NCBI GenBank assembly: GCA_017387685.1
Contig: JAFOEU010000055.1
Coordinates: forward strand, 17,602-81,601
Direction of reading: 5' to 3'
Length of the DNA: 64,000 bases
DNA from: Clostridia bacterium
GTDB taxonomy: Bacteria; Bacillota; Clostridia; Oscillospirales; CAG-272
This document shows positions 19,470-28,060 of the stretch, piece by piece. Both the position numbers and the translations under genes were made by a program. Under the pieces are notes generated by a model. That model was given only the letters and a program-made list of their open reading frames with translations. It did not search any database and was not told where the DNA came from. Position 1 is the stretch's first letter; every line of letters begins with the position of its first letter.

Positions 19470-20630
19470 TTATTCGGATAAAATGTCCGCGAGAACGGCG
19501 AGTGCTTCGTCGATCTCTTCGTAAGTGATATTGAGGGGAGGCAGGAGGCGAACCTTGTCTTTAGCGGAGAGGAAGAGAACGCCGCGCTCGATGCCCGCCG
19601 CGATGATCTCGGGGGTGGGCTTATCGGCTTTGATACCGATCATGAGTCCGAGACCGCTGACCGACTGCACGCCCTTCATTTCTGAAAGTTTTTTGAATAT
19701 ATATTCGCTCTTAGCGCGAATCTCGGTGAGGAAATTTTCGTCAAGACGGCTGATGACGTTGAGCGCGCCCGCCGCGCAAGCGGGATTTCCGCCGAAGGTC
19801 GAGCCGTGCGTGCCCGCGGAGAGCGTGTCCTTGACCTTTTCGCCGAGGATGACGGCACCGATCGGGAGTCCGCCGCCGAGTCCCTTTGCGGTCGATATGA
19901 TGTCGGGCTTGACGCCGAACTGCTCGAAAGCGTAGAGTGTACCTGTTCTGCCGTTTCCGGTCTGAACCTCGTCGGCGATGAGGAGGATATCCTTTTCCTC
20001 GCAAGCCTTCGCGATCGCGGTGACGTAGTCCTTATCAAGCGGATTGACGCCGCCCTCGCCCTGAACGAATTCGAGCATAACGGCGCAGACGTCATCGGTC
20101 AAAGCCGCGAGCATCGCATCGAGATCGTTCGCGGGGACGTGGCAGAATCCCTCGGTAAAGGGCATAAAGGTGGTGTGGAAAACGTCCTGACCCGTAGCCG
20201 CGAGGGTGGTTATGGTTCTTCCGTGGAAGGAGTTGACGAGGGTAACGATCTTGTGTCTGCCTTCGCCGTATTTGTCGAACGAGTACTTGCGCGCCGCCTT
20301 GATCGCGCCCTCGTTCGCCTCTGCGCCCGAGTTGCCGAAGAAAACGCGGCACATACCCGTGCGGTTGCAAAGCATTTCGGCGAGCTTTGCGCAGGGGGAG
20401 GTGTAGTAGAGGTTGGAGGTGTGGGAATAAGCGTTCAGCTGTGCGGTGACAGCCGCAACCCACTCGTCATCGGCATAACCGAAGGTGTTGGTCGCGATGC
20501 CCGAGCCCATGTCAATGTATTTTTTGCCGTTTACGTCGTAAGCGACCGCACCCTTACCCGAAACGATCTCGACGGGGAAACGGCGGTAAGTATTGGCGAC
20601 GTATTTATTATCAAGTTCGAAAGTATTCAT
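19470..20630 (-). CDS. argD: acetylornithine aminotransferase
   Basis: SGAEANE, SFHGRT, DEVQTG, AKGLGGG, HGSTFGGNP. Confidence 0.93.
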   Translation of the reverse strand: MNTFELDNKYVANTYRRFPVEIVSGKGAVAYDVNGKKYIDMGSGIATNTFGYADDEWVAAVTAQLNAYSHTSNLYYTSPCAKLAEMLCNRTGMCRVFFGNSGAEANEGAIKAARKYSFDKYGEGRHKIVTLVNSFHGRTITTLAATGQDVFHTTFMPFTEGFCHVPANDLDAMLAALTDDVCAVMLEFVQGEGGVNPLDKDYVTAIAKACEEKDILLIADEVQTGNGRTGTLYAFEQFGVKPDIISTAKGLGGGLPIGAVILGEKVKDTLSAGTHGSTFGGNPACAAGALNVISRLDENFLTEIRAKSEYIFKKLSEMKGVQSVSGLGLMIGIKADKPTPEIIAAGIERGVLFLSAKDKVRLLPPLNITYEEIDEALAVLADILSE

Positions 20631-20647
20631 TTTTGCACCTGATGAAA

Positions 20648-21172
20648 AAGTTGCTAGTTGCTAGTTACTAGTTACTAGTTGAAGGTAGATTTTCTCGCCC
20701 GAAGGCGAGAAAATCAATTAATTGAAGCTTCAATTCTAGTAATTAAAGATGTAAGCATACGAGCAATCTCTTGTGATAGCTGTTTGATGGGTTTAATATT
20801 GCTTGATGAAATATAGCCGATGCGCTCGCAAATCAATAGTTGGGTGAACAATTCAGCATTTGAGCCTTTAGCTATACATAAAAATTTGAGAAATTCTTTT
20901 TGACTGTTCCTGGAATGTCCTTCGGCAATATTGGAAGGGATAGAAACTGCAGCTCGACGCATTTGATTTGTGATGCCGTATAATTCTTCTCTGGGAAAGT
21001 GTTTGGTGAGGCTATATATCTCCACAGTAAGATCCATGGCTTTTTGCCAAACGTTAAGCTGTTCATATCCTTTTGCTTCCATTATATAACCATTATTTAT
21101 TAAAAATACTTTTCGAGCAACGCGAGAAAAGTTACCTTCAACTAGTAACTAGTAACTAGCAACTAGCAACTT
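20648..21172. mobile_element. cassette bounded by a perfect 40-bp heptamer-based inverted repeat, carrying a four-helix-bundle gene
   Basis: 20648-20687 AAGTTGCTAGTTGCTAGTTACTAGTTACTAGTTGAAGGTA is the exact reverse complement of 21133-21172; AT-richer interior. Confidence 0.6.
20714..21082 (-). CDS. four helix bundle protein (23S rRNA IVS protein / Avd-like fold)
   Basis: LNVWQKAMDL, FPREELYGITNQMRRAAVSIPSNIAEG, FLCIAKGSNAEL-TQL. Confidence 0.92.
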   Translation of the reverse strand: MEAKGYEQLNVWQKAMDLTVEIYSLTKHFPREELYGITNQMRRAAVSIPSNIAEGHSRNSQKEFLKFLCIAKGSNAELFTQLLICERIGYISSSNIKPIKQLSQEIARMLTSLITRIEASIN

Positions 21173-22028
21173 ATTCCAGCACCATTGTGCCAAGACCTTC
21201 ATCTGTCAAGATCTCAATCAAAATAGAGTGCGGAACTCGTCCGTCGATGATGAAGACGCGCTTTACGCCGCCTCGGACAAGATCCGCGCATCCGTTTACC
21301 TTCGGGATCATTCCGCCCGAGATCGTTCCGTCCGTGATCATCTTATCTATATCGTCAAGGTGTATCTGCGAGATGAGAGTGGAAGGGTCGTCCTTATTCG
21401 CAAGTATGCCGGGGGTGTCGGTCAGCGAGATGAATGCCTCCGCGCCGAGTGCCGCCGCAATCTCGCCCGCCATTGTGTCGGCGTTGATATTGTAGATCTC
21501 GCCCGTCTTATCGCACGCAACGCTCGAAATTACGGGAATATAGCCCTTATTCAGCACGTCGGTAATAAGTCCAGTATTGACCTTGGTGATCTCGCCGACG
21601 TATCCGAGTGCGGGATCAAGCTCCTTGACGTGGATCATATTCGCGTCAATTCCCGAAAGTCCCACAGCAAGTCCGCCGACCGAGCCAATCAGTCCGACCA
21701 GACCCTTATTGACCTTTCCCGCGAGGACCATCGTTGCGACCTTTGCGGTCTCTGCATCGGTCACGCGGAGTCCGTTTTCGAATTTGCTCTCGATATTCAT
21801 TCTCTTGAGCGTTTCGGTCAGCGCGGGGCCGCCGCCGTGGACGAGAACTACCTTGACTCCGATGCGGTTAAGCAGTGCAACGTCGCGCATAACGTCCTCT
21901 TTGAGGCTTTCGTCGATCATCGACGAGCCGCCGTATTTGATGACGATTATTTTGTCGGTGTATTTTTTAATATATGGAAGTGCCTCGACCAGCACTTTTG
22001 CGCGGTCTGCGTTTGAAATATTTATCAT
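21171..22028 (-). CDS. argB: acetylglutamate kinase
   Basis: VIKYGG, VHGGGP, GLRVTD, NINAD, GGMIPKV, DGRVPHS. Confidence 0.95.
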   Translation of the reverse strand: MINISNADRAKVLVEALPYIKKYTDKIIVIKYGGSSMIDESLKEDVMRDVALLNRIGVKVVLVHGGGPALTETLKRMNIESKFENGLRVTDAETAKVATMVLAGKVNKGLVGLIGSVGGLAVGLSGIDANMIHVKELDPALGYVGEITKVNTGLITDVLNKGYIPVISSVACDKTGEIYNINADTMAGEIAAALGAEAFISLTDTPGILANKDDPSTLISQIHLDDIDKMITDGTISGGMIPKVNGCADLVRGGVKRVFIIDGRVPHSILIEILTDEGLGTMVLE

Positions 22029-23242
22029 GTTCTGTAATCTCCGTTGATCTTGACGTAATCGTATGTCAGGTCACAGCCCCACGCGGATGCGGATTCCTCT
22101 CCCATGCCGAGGGTGATATTGACCTGAATTTCGTCACAAAGAAGGATCTCCTTTGCCACCTCTTCCGAGAAATCAACGCCTGCGCCGCCGCGGCAGACCT
22201 CGATCTCGCCCGCCTTCGATGCGAAACAAACGCCGATAGTGTTAACGTCCACCTTCGCTCCCGAGTAGCCGATGGCGCAGAGGACTCTGCCCCAGTTTGC
22301 GTCCGCGCCGAACATTGCCGCCTTGAAAAGGCTTGAGCAGATGACGGACTTTGCAACTACGCGCGCGGTGTCCTTGGTGTCCGCGCCGCTTACGTTGCAC
22401 TCGAGTAGCTTGGTCGCGCCCTCGCCGTCAGCCGCGATAGCACGGCAGAGCTTGGAGGTAACTGCGAAGAGTGCTTCCTTGAAGAGGGCGAAATCTGCGG
22501 AATTTTCGTCGATCATATCGTTGCCCGCCATACCGTTAGCCATTACGGAGAGCATATCATTGGTCGAGGTGTCGCCGTCGACCGAGATCATATTGAAGGA
22601 GTTCTTGACGTCCTCCTTGAGTGCGGCGTCGAGTGCCGCGGGGGTGATAGCAACGTCGGAGGTGACGAAAACGAGCATCGTTGCCATATTGGGGTGGATC
22701 ATACCCGAGCCCTTTGCGATACCGCCGATATGGCAGGTCTTGCCGCCGAGCTCAAACTCTACCGCAACGCTCTTGAGCTTGGTGTCGGTGGTCATAATGC
22801 CCCAAGCCGCATCGTCCGAGCCCTCGTAGGAAAGCTCCGAAACGAGCTGATCCATTCCGTTTGAGATGGGGGTAATATCAAGCTTCTGACCGATAACGCC
22901 GGTCGATGCAACGATAACGTCCTTTGCGGGGATGCCGGTCGCCTTATAAACGAGATCGCACATTGCCTCGGCGATCTGAATACCGTCGGCGTTGCAGGTA
23001 TTTGCGTTGCCGCTGTTGCAGATCATAGCTCTTGCGCATCCGTCCGCAAGATTTGCGCGGGTGACCTTGATGGGCGCACCGCATACGAGGTTGGTGGTGT
23101 AAACCGCCGCCGCGGATGCCTTAGTATCGCTGACGATCAGGGAGAGATCCTTTTTGGTCTTATTCTTGCGGATGCCGCAATGAACGCCGGCAGCCTTAAA
23201 TCCTTTAGCGGCGCAAACGCCGCCTTCGATATACTTTATCAT
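22025..23242 (-). CDS. argJ: bifunctional ornithine acetyltransferase / N-acetylglutamate synthase
   Basis: NSGNAN, STGVIG, IMTTDT, KGSGMIHPNMATML, DGDTSTND, YVKINGDYRT. Confidence 0.96.
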   Translation of the reverse strand: MIKYIEGGVCAAKGFKAAGVHCGIRKNKTKKDLSLIVSDTKASAAAVYTTNLVCGAPIKVTRANLADGCARAMICNSGNANTCNADGIQIAEAMCDLVYKATGIPAKDVIVASTGVIGQKLDITPISNGMDQLVSELSYEGSDDAAWGIMTTDTKLKSVAVEFELGGKTCHIGGIAKGSGMIHPNMATMLVFVTSDVAITPAALDAALKEDVKNSFNMISVDGDTSTNDMLSVMANGMAGNDMIDENSADFALFKEALFAVTSKLCRAIAADGEGATKLLECNVSGADTKDTARVVAKSVICSSLFKAAMFGADANWGRVLCAIGYSGAKVDVNTIGVCFASKAGEIEVCRGGAGVDFSEEVAKEILLCDEIQVNITLGMGEESASAWGCDLTYDYVKINGDYRT

Positions 23243-24183
23243 AATACAAGTCCTTTCACGGGGCAGGCCCCGATTGCTATGTTCATATTCTCGATCGCGG
23301 CGCCCGATGCACCCTTGCCGAGGTTGCAGAATAATGCATAAATATTCATCGTATATTCATTACCCGAAACGATGATCTGCATCGAATCCTTGCCCGAGAG
23401 CGAATTCGAGAAGATCAGCCCGTCGGGCGTGCCCTTTTCACATAGGGGAGCGACCGAGATGATGGGGCTGTTTTTGTAATGCTCGGTGTAAAGCGCGTGC
23501 ATTTCGGCGACCGAGAGCTGCTTTTTCGCGAGGCGCATCTGAACGGGTACGCATACGCACATTCCCGAATAAAAATCCGAAACGATCGGATTGAATGCGG
23601 GGGCAAAATCAAGCGAGCAGACCGACTTGATCTCGGGAAGATGCTTATGTGCGGCGGTCAGCGCGTACTGACAGGGAGAATCGAATTTGGTGTCGCGTCC
23701 GTCCGCCTCATAATCGGCGATCATCTTCTTTCCTCCGCCCGAATATCCGGTCAGGCTGTGGATGGCGAAAGGATAGTCGGCATCAAGGATTCCGTGCGCT
23801 ACGAGGGGGTAAAGGATCGCTATCGCTCCGCTTGCGTGGCAGCCGGGATTTGCGATGCGCTTCGAGGCTTTGATCTTCGCCTCGTGATCGGGCGAAAGCT
23901 CGGGAAAACCGTATGCCCAATTGGGATTTGTGCGGTGTGCGGTCGAACAGTCTATAATAACGGTGGAGTCACTTTTGCATAATGTCACAGCCTCGCGAGC
24001 CGCATCGTCGGGCAGACAGAGGAAGGTGACGTCCGACTCGGAAATAGCTCGTCCCCGCGCCTCTGCATCCTTGCGAAGCTCCTCGGGAAGAGTGATGAGC
24101 TCAATGTCCTCGCGGGAGGCGAGACGCTCGTGGATGCGCAGTCCCGTGGTGCCCGCGCTACCGTCGATAAATACTTTTTTCAT
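23239..24183 (-). CDS. argC: N-acetyl-gamma-glutamyl-phosphate reductase (type 2)
   Basis: VFIDGSAGTTGL, ANPGC, GYSGGGK, NLGKGASGAA. Confidence 0.95.
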   Translation of the reverse strand: MKKVFIDGSAGTTGLRIHERLASREDIELITLPEELRKDAEARGRAISESDVTFLCLPDDAAREAVTLCKSDSTVIIDCSTAHRTNPNWAYGFPELSPDHEAKIKASKRIANPGCHASGAIAILYPLVAHGILDADYPFAIHSLTGYSGGGKKMIADYEADGRDTKFDSPCQYALTAAHKHLPEIKSVCSLDFAPAFNPIVSDFYSGMCVCVPVQMRLAKKQLSVAEMHALYTEHYKNSPIISVAPLCEKGTPDGLIFSNSLSGKDSMQIIVSGNEYTMNIYALFCNLGKGASGAAIENMNIAIGACPVKGLVL

Positions 24184-24234
24184 CAAAAATTTTCTCCAAA
24201 AAGAAATAATATCTCATTAAAAAATATGTATTAT

Positions 24235-24263
24235 ATTATACTACAAAAAAGGCAAAAGGTCAA
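24235..24263 (-). promoter_or_regulatory. sigmaA promoter of the arg operon
   Basis: TTGACC-N17-TATAAT on the minus strand. Confidence 0.7.
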
Positions 24264-24270
24264 TAGGTTT

Positions 24271-24328
24271 GGTGAATATTCTTTCAAAAATGATGAATAA
24301 ATAATCATTATTTGCATAAAAATTCGTC
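24271..24328. promoter_or_regulatory. three tandem ARG-box-like ArgR operators
   Basis: GTGAATATTCTTTCAA, ATGAATAAATAATCAT, TTGCATAAAAATTCGT at ~20-bp spacing upstream of argC. Confidence 0.65.
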
Positions 24329-24377
24329 CCGAAAATTTCCCATTGACAAGAAAGGATAAATATGTTATTATAAAGGT

Positions 24378-24497
24378 AGAAAAAATCAGAATTTTTTTCA
24401 AAAAGACAGTAGCTGCATCCAAATTAATGAAGCAGTCCCTTCCCTTTTATGACAAAAAACAAACACCCGACCGCGTAATCGGTCGGGTGTTTGTTAA
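24378..24497 (+). ncRNA. candidate small RNA divergent from argC
   Basis: TTGACA-N17-TATTAT at 24343-24371, no plausible ORF, ends at the hairpin 24458-24494. Confidence 0.3.
24458..24494. terminator. bidirectional terminator
   Basis: aacaaacacccgacc-gcgtaatc-ggtcgggtgtttgtt. Confidence 0.75.
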
Positions 24498-24498
24498 T

Positions 24499-24615
24499 TT
24501 ATCCGCTCCGAACCCGAAGAAACGCCGGTAACTGCGTCTTACCTTTGTTTTTTTCGGATTCGGTGCGGTGGAGACTGTTGCGCACATTTTCCTTGACGCT
24601 ATCAATCACCGACAT
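24499..24615 (-). CDS. 38-aa small protein ending in an FtsZ-tail-like LPAFLR motif
   Basis: GGGAGG RBS, ATG, MSVIDSVKENVRNSLHRTESEKNKGKTQLPAFLRVRSG*, terminator directly after. Confidence 0.55.
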   Translation of the reverse strand: MSVIDSVKENVRNSLHRTESEKNKGKTQLPAFLRVRSG

Positions 24616-24641
24616 GTCAGACCTCCCGGGCGAGTTTGACG

Positions 24642-24716
24642 CTACTCACCCGGTGTCGCAGCAGTGTTGAAAGAAAACACGCGTTCCGTCATTACCACGA
24701 ATTTGTTGGGGTTCAA
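24642..24716 (-). CDS. putative 24-aa upstream leader ORF
   Basis: AGAGGGG RBS, TTG start, MNPNKFVVMTERVFSFNTAATPGE*; its stop lies in the hairpin that abuts the next RBS. Confidence 0.3.
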   Translation of the reverse strand: MNPNKFVVMTERVFSFNTAATPGE

Positions 24717-24730
24717 TTTTCCCCTCTACT

Positions 24731-24762
24731 TATATAGACAACTTTTTTTCAAAAAGGTTGCA
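24731..24762 (-). promoter_or_regulatory. ECF-type promoter (TGCAAC-N16-TGTCTATATA)
   Basis: Same -35/-10 and spacing as the promoter at 9414-9445. Confidence 0.6.
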
Positions 24763-25026
24763 TATTTTTAGAAAAAATTTGATTTTTTTCAGAAAGAATT
24801 TCTCGCCGAGATTAGACAATCCGACATCATAGAATTCTTTTATGATATTATACCACTTCTTTGCCCTACTGTCAAGAACTAATTAAGCGATTAGTCATTT
24901 TGACGATAAGTTTGTTTACAATAACTAAAATAAGTGGACTGATAAGTATAAAATACGACAAGTTGCACATACTTCCGCATTTCGTTGCCATTTAATGCTT
25001 TTTTTATAAATCAAGGGTGAATTTCT

Positions 25027-26034
25027 TTAATTTCCGCCCTCTGCAGGAGTATTTACGCTGCCGGTGTTACCGATAACGGGCAGAACGGTATCTGTACCGC
25101 TTACAACGGTATCGGGAAGCTTACCGTCCCAGCCGAGTGCCTCGTAGTACTTGATGAGCGCCTCGGTCAGCGATTCTGCGAGAGCCTTATTAGCCTCTGC
25201 CTCCTTCTCGCCCGCATACTTTTCGGCGTCTGCGGCGAGCTTCTTTGCCTCTGCCTCGGCGGCAGCCTTGATCTTTGCTACCTCTGCGTCAGCTGCAGCC
25301 TGAATTTCCTTGACCTCTGCTTCTGCAGCTGCCTGGATCTTTTCACGCTCTGCAGCCTTTTCCTGCTCCATCGTCTTCTGAGCCTGCTCGGTCTGTGCCT
25401 TCAGGAGAGCCTGCTCTGCAACGACCTTATCCTCAACGCTCATGGTGAAGGCGTCGGAGAAGTCGATATCCTCGACCGCGGTCGAAACTACGACGATGTT
25501 ATACGCGCCAAGCTGCTCGATGAGCGCGTCTGTGATCTGTGTCGAAAGTGCCTCACGGCTCTCGATCAGAGCCTCTGCGGTGTACTTCGCGATAACGCTC
25601 TTGACAACCTCCTGAATACGGGGCGCCATAACGGTGTTGTAATAGTCAACGCCGATCTCCTTATAGATCTTCTGCGCGTTTGCCTTTTCGATCTGATAGT
25701 TCATCGAATAGGAAACGAGGACCTCCTGAATGTCGCTCGAGAACGCGGAGAGCTCGAGGTGCGCGACCTGAGTTCTGTTATCCATACAAACGATCTCCTG
25801 GAAGGGAGATTTCATATGCATACCCGCCTCGAGGGTCTTATCCTCAACGCGACCGAAGGTGGTCAGAATACCCGTGTGACCGGTCGGAACGGTTGCAACC
25901 ATACCGCCGAGCGCGACGAGTGCGCCGAAGACGCAAAGAATCTGCTTGGGGCAAAGCTTCCACCCCGATTTTGAAGAGCCTAAAAGAACAAAAAGAACGA
26001 TAACGGCAATTGCCGCTGCAACAACCCAAAACAT
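25027..26034 (-). CDS. SPFH/prohibitin (band 7) family membrane protein
   Basis: VPTGHTGILTTFG, KYTAEALI, DIDFSDAF, Ala/Glu-rich coiled coil, WDGKLP. Confidence 0.88.
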   Translation of the reverse strand: MFWVVAAAIAVIVLFVLLGSSKSGWKLCPKQILCVFGALVALGGMVATVPTGHTGILTTFGRVEDKTLEAGMHMKSPFQEIVCMDNRTQVAHLELSAFSSDIQEVLVSYSMNYQIEKANAQKIYKEIGVDYYNTVMAPRIQEVVKSVIAKYTAEALIESREALSTQITDALIEQLGAYNIVVVSTAVEDIDFSDAFTMSVEDKVVAEQALLKAQTEQAQKTMEQEKAAEREKIQAAAEAEVKEIQAAADAEVAKIKAAAEAEAKKLAADAEKYAGEKEAEANKALAESLTEALIKYYEALGWDGKLPDTVVSGTDTVLPVIGNTGSVNTPAEGGN

Positions 26035-26212
26035 AATAAATACCTTCCTTTCATTGAGATGTCCGGGTTTTATTGGACTATTAATATTATATCACACGGT
26101 CAAGTGATTGTCAATATGTTTTGAAAAGATTTTTTGCAATTTTTGTTGAATTATGTGGGAATTGATGGTATAATATATATTGGAACAGTTTAATTTATAA
26201 GGAGGACTCGGC

Positions 26213-27499
26213 ATGATTGCAATCATTTACGATTACAAGACCGAAAGCACCTACACGTCACCGGTTTTTGCGATAAAAGACGGCGCGGAAGTTATTGCAT
26301 TCAATGCCGAGCGTACCGCCGTCCGTCGGATAAAATTATGGCACGTCTGCATCGTTTCGCAGACCGACGGAGAATTTGACAGCAAAAAGGGCAAATGGCG
26401 CGGCTATTCTTGGGTTATCGGTGATGAAAATCTGCTCAAATCTCTCAAATACGGCAAAAGTGCGTCTGTCGAAGCCTTCCCCGAATTCAAGAAGTACACG
26501 GACGAGATCCTTCTTCCCGAATGGTTCGAGGTAAAAACCGCCGATGACATCGCCGTTCTCGAAAACATCACCAATCTTACCGATGGCGAGCTGCAATATT
26601 CCCCGCGCGACGGCTCGGATATTTCGGTAAAAGCAGATACCGATCTTGGGTACTATGTAAATATCAGGCTTCTCGGTGTGTATGAGGAATCCCCCGCCGA
26701 ATCAATGGATCATCTATCCGGCATCGGCATCGAGCGTTATGACGGCGGTTTCGGCTTCATTCACAGCGACAAGCATATCAAGTGCCGCGGTATTTTGTGG
26801 AACGTCGAAGTTATTACCGTTCACTATCTTCGCGAACACCGTAATTATCCCGACATTTCGGCTCTTTACGAAGATATACGCCTCCAAACCGACCGCGCCG
26901 AGCTGATTGACGGAAAACTGATCATAAACGGCGAGGACAAGATCGAAGCCGAGCTGAAAAACGGCGAATACGTCATTACTGTGGGCGGAAAACGTGAAAA
27001 AGAAAGCGTTGAAGATCAGGATATTTACTATCACCTGCTTGATTACGTTTACGGCGAAAAACTTCCGCCGCCCGTATGGAAGTTTTCACACAGCCGATTT
27101 GTTTCGCTAATGAGCGGCATCAGAACTTCCGCAATTCCCGCCATTTTTGCCCTGCTTGCCCTTGCCGTCGCCGTGACGTCGGAAAGCCGTATGGGACTCG
27201 TCATCGGCGCTTTCTCTTTAGCAATATTTTCATTTATAATTTGTATCATAATATCTATATCTCTGTCAGTAAGAATTGCTTACGAGATAAACGATTCTGT
27301 CTTTATAATACACAAACTCGGCAGCTCCGAGATACTGCCGATTGCCGCAATAAACGAAGTTACGCTCAAACGCTCGCGCATCTTCAAAAAGCGCGGCACG
27401 GTTAAAATTAAAACCGACGGAAAAAATTATTATTTCCGATTCGTCATCGGTGCGGATGAGGCGTATGAGATAATTCTCGCAAAAATTCAAACAGCATAG
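26213..27499 (+). CDS. hypothetical protein with two C-terminal TM helices and a bacterial PH-like domain
   Basis: AGGAGG RBS, TM pair, then YEIN...I.EV.LKRS...GTVKI. Confidence 0.6.
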   Translation: MIAIIYDYKTESTYTSPVFAIKDGAEVIAFNAERTAVRRIKLWHVCIVSQTDGEFDSKKGKWRGYSWVIGDENLLKSLKYGKSASVEAFPEFKKYTDEILLPEWFEVKTADDIAVLENITNLTDGELQYSPRDGSDISVKADTDLGYYVNIRLLGVYEESPAESMDHLSGIGIERYDGGFGFIHSDKHIKCRGILWNVEVITVHYLREHRNYPDISALYEDIRLQTDRAELIDGKLIINGEDKIEAELKNGEYVITVGGKREKESVEDQDIYYHLLDYVYGEKLPPPVWKFSHSRFVSLMSGIRTSAIPAIFALLALAVAVTSESRMGLVIGAFSLAIFSFIICIIISISLSVRIAYEINDSVFIIHKLGSSEILPIAAINEVTLKRSRIFKKRGTVKIKTDGKNYYFRFVIGADEAYEIILAKIQTA

Positions 27500-27724
27500 A
27501 TGAGCAGTACTTGCAATCCTTGTTAAACGACGTTCAGAAAGCTGAACATTGAAGCTTGCGCTTTCTACTCCCCTTCCGGTTTACGGAAGGGGGCGGGGGT
27601 TGGTTCCTATTTGCCGAAACAAGATTATTAGGATATCGTGAATATCAATGTGTAGGCGCAAAATTACTTGTACGCACCCGCAGTATTTATATAATCTCTA
27701 TTTCCCTTCCGCGCCTGCGGGCGC

Positions 27725-27903
27725 GGGGGTGACAGAGCGCACTACTTCCCTACATTCGGGAAGTAGTGACTCTGTCCAAAATCCCGAAGCAGAGCTTCGT
27801 GATTTTGAAGCGCGGAAGCGCGAGCTGAAGCTCGCGCATTAGTCCGAGGCTCTGCCTCGTGCTCCGCGAACTTTTGAAAAAGTTCGATCAAAACTTTCCC
27901 GCT
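27725..27903 (+). repeat. ~170-nt multi-hairpin element, divergent copy 2
   Basis: GGGGGTGACAGAG...CTCTGTCC and conserved ending; stems differ in sequence but still pair. Confidence 0.7.
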
Positions 27904-27926
27904 TTCTTCCTTTTTATAATAATAGA

Positions 27927-28045
27927 AAATTTTCGAGCGCAGCGAGAAAATTCACCTTCATTTTGCCGAAGGCAAATTATCACTCTCGCGTAAGCGAGAT
28001 TATCACTTCGCCGCAGGCGAATTATCACTCGCGCGAAGCGCGACA
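27927..28045 (+). repeat. leader + CACCTTCA + TTATCAC/mini-hairpin array upstream of the acyltransferase RBS
   Basis: tttgccGAAggcaaa TTATCAC tctcgcgtaagcgaga TTATCAC ttcgccGCAggcgaa TTATCAC tcgcgcGAAgcgcga. Confidence 0.85.
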
Positions 28046-28060
28046 AACCAAGGAGTCCCC

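Noticed and set aside
20714-21082. Diversity-generating retroelement
   Set aside because: Avd-like fold only; no reverse transcriptase or TR/VR pair seen in the window.
27960-28045. CRISPR array interpretation of the periodic hairpin arrays
   Set aside because: The constant part is only 7-9 nt, the variable part is a 13-17 nt palindrome, and no cas genes are present.
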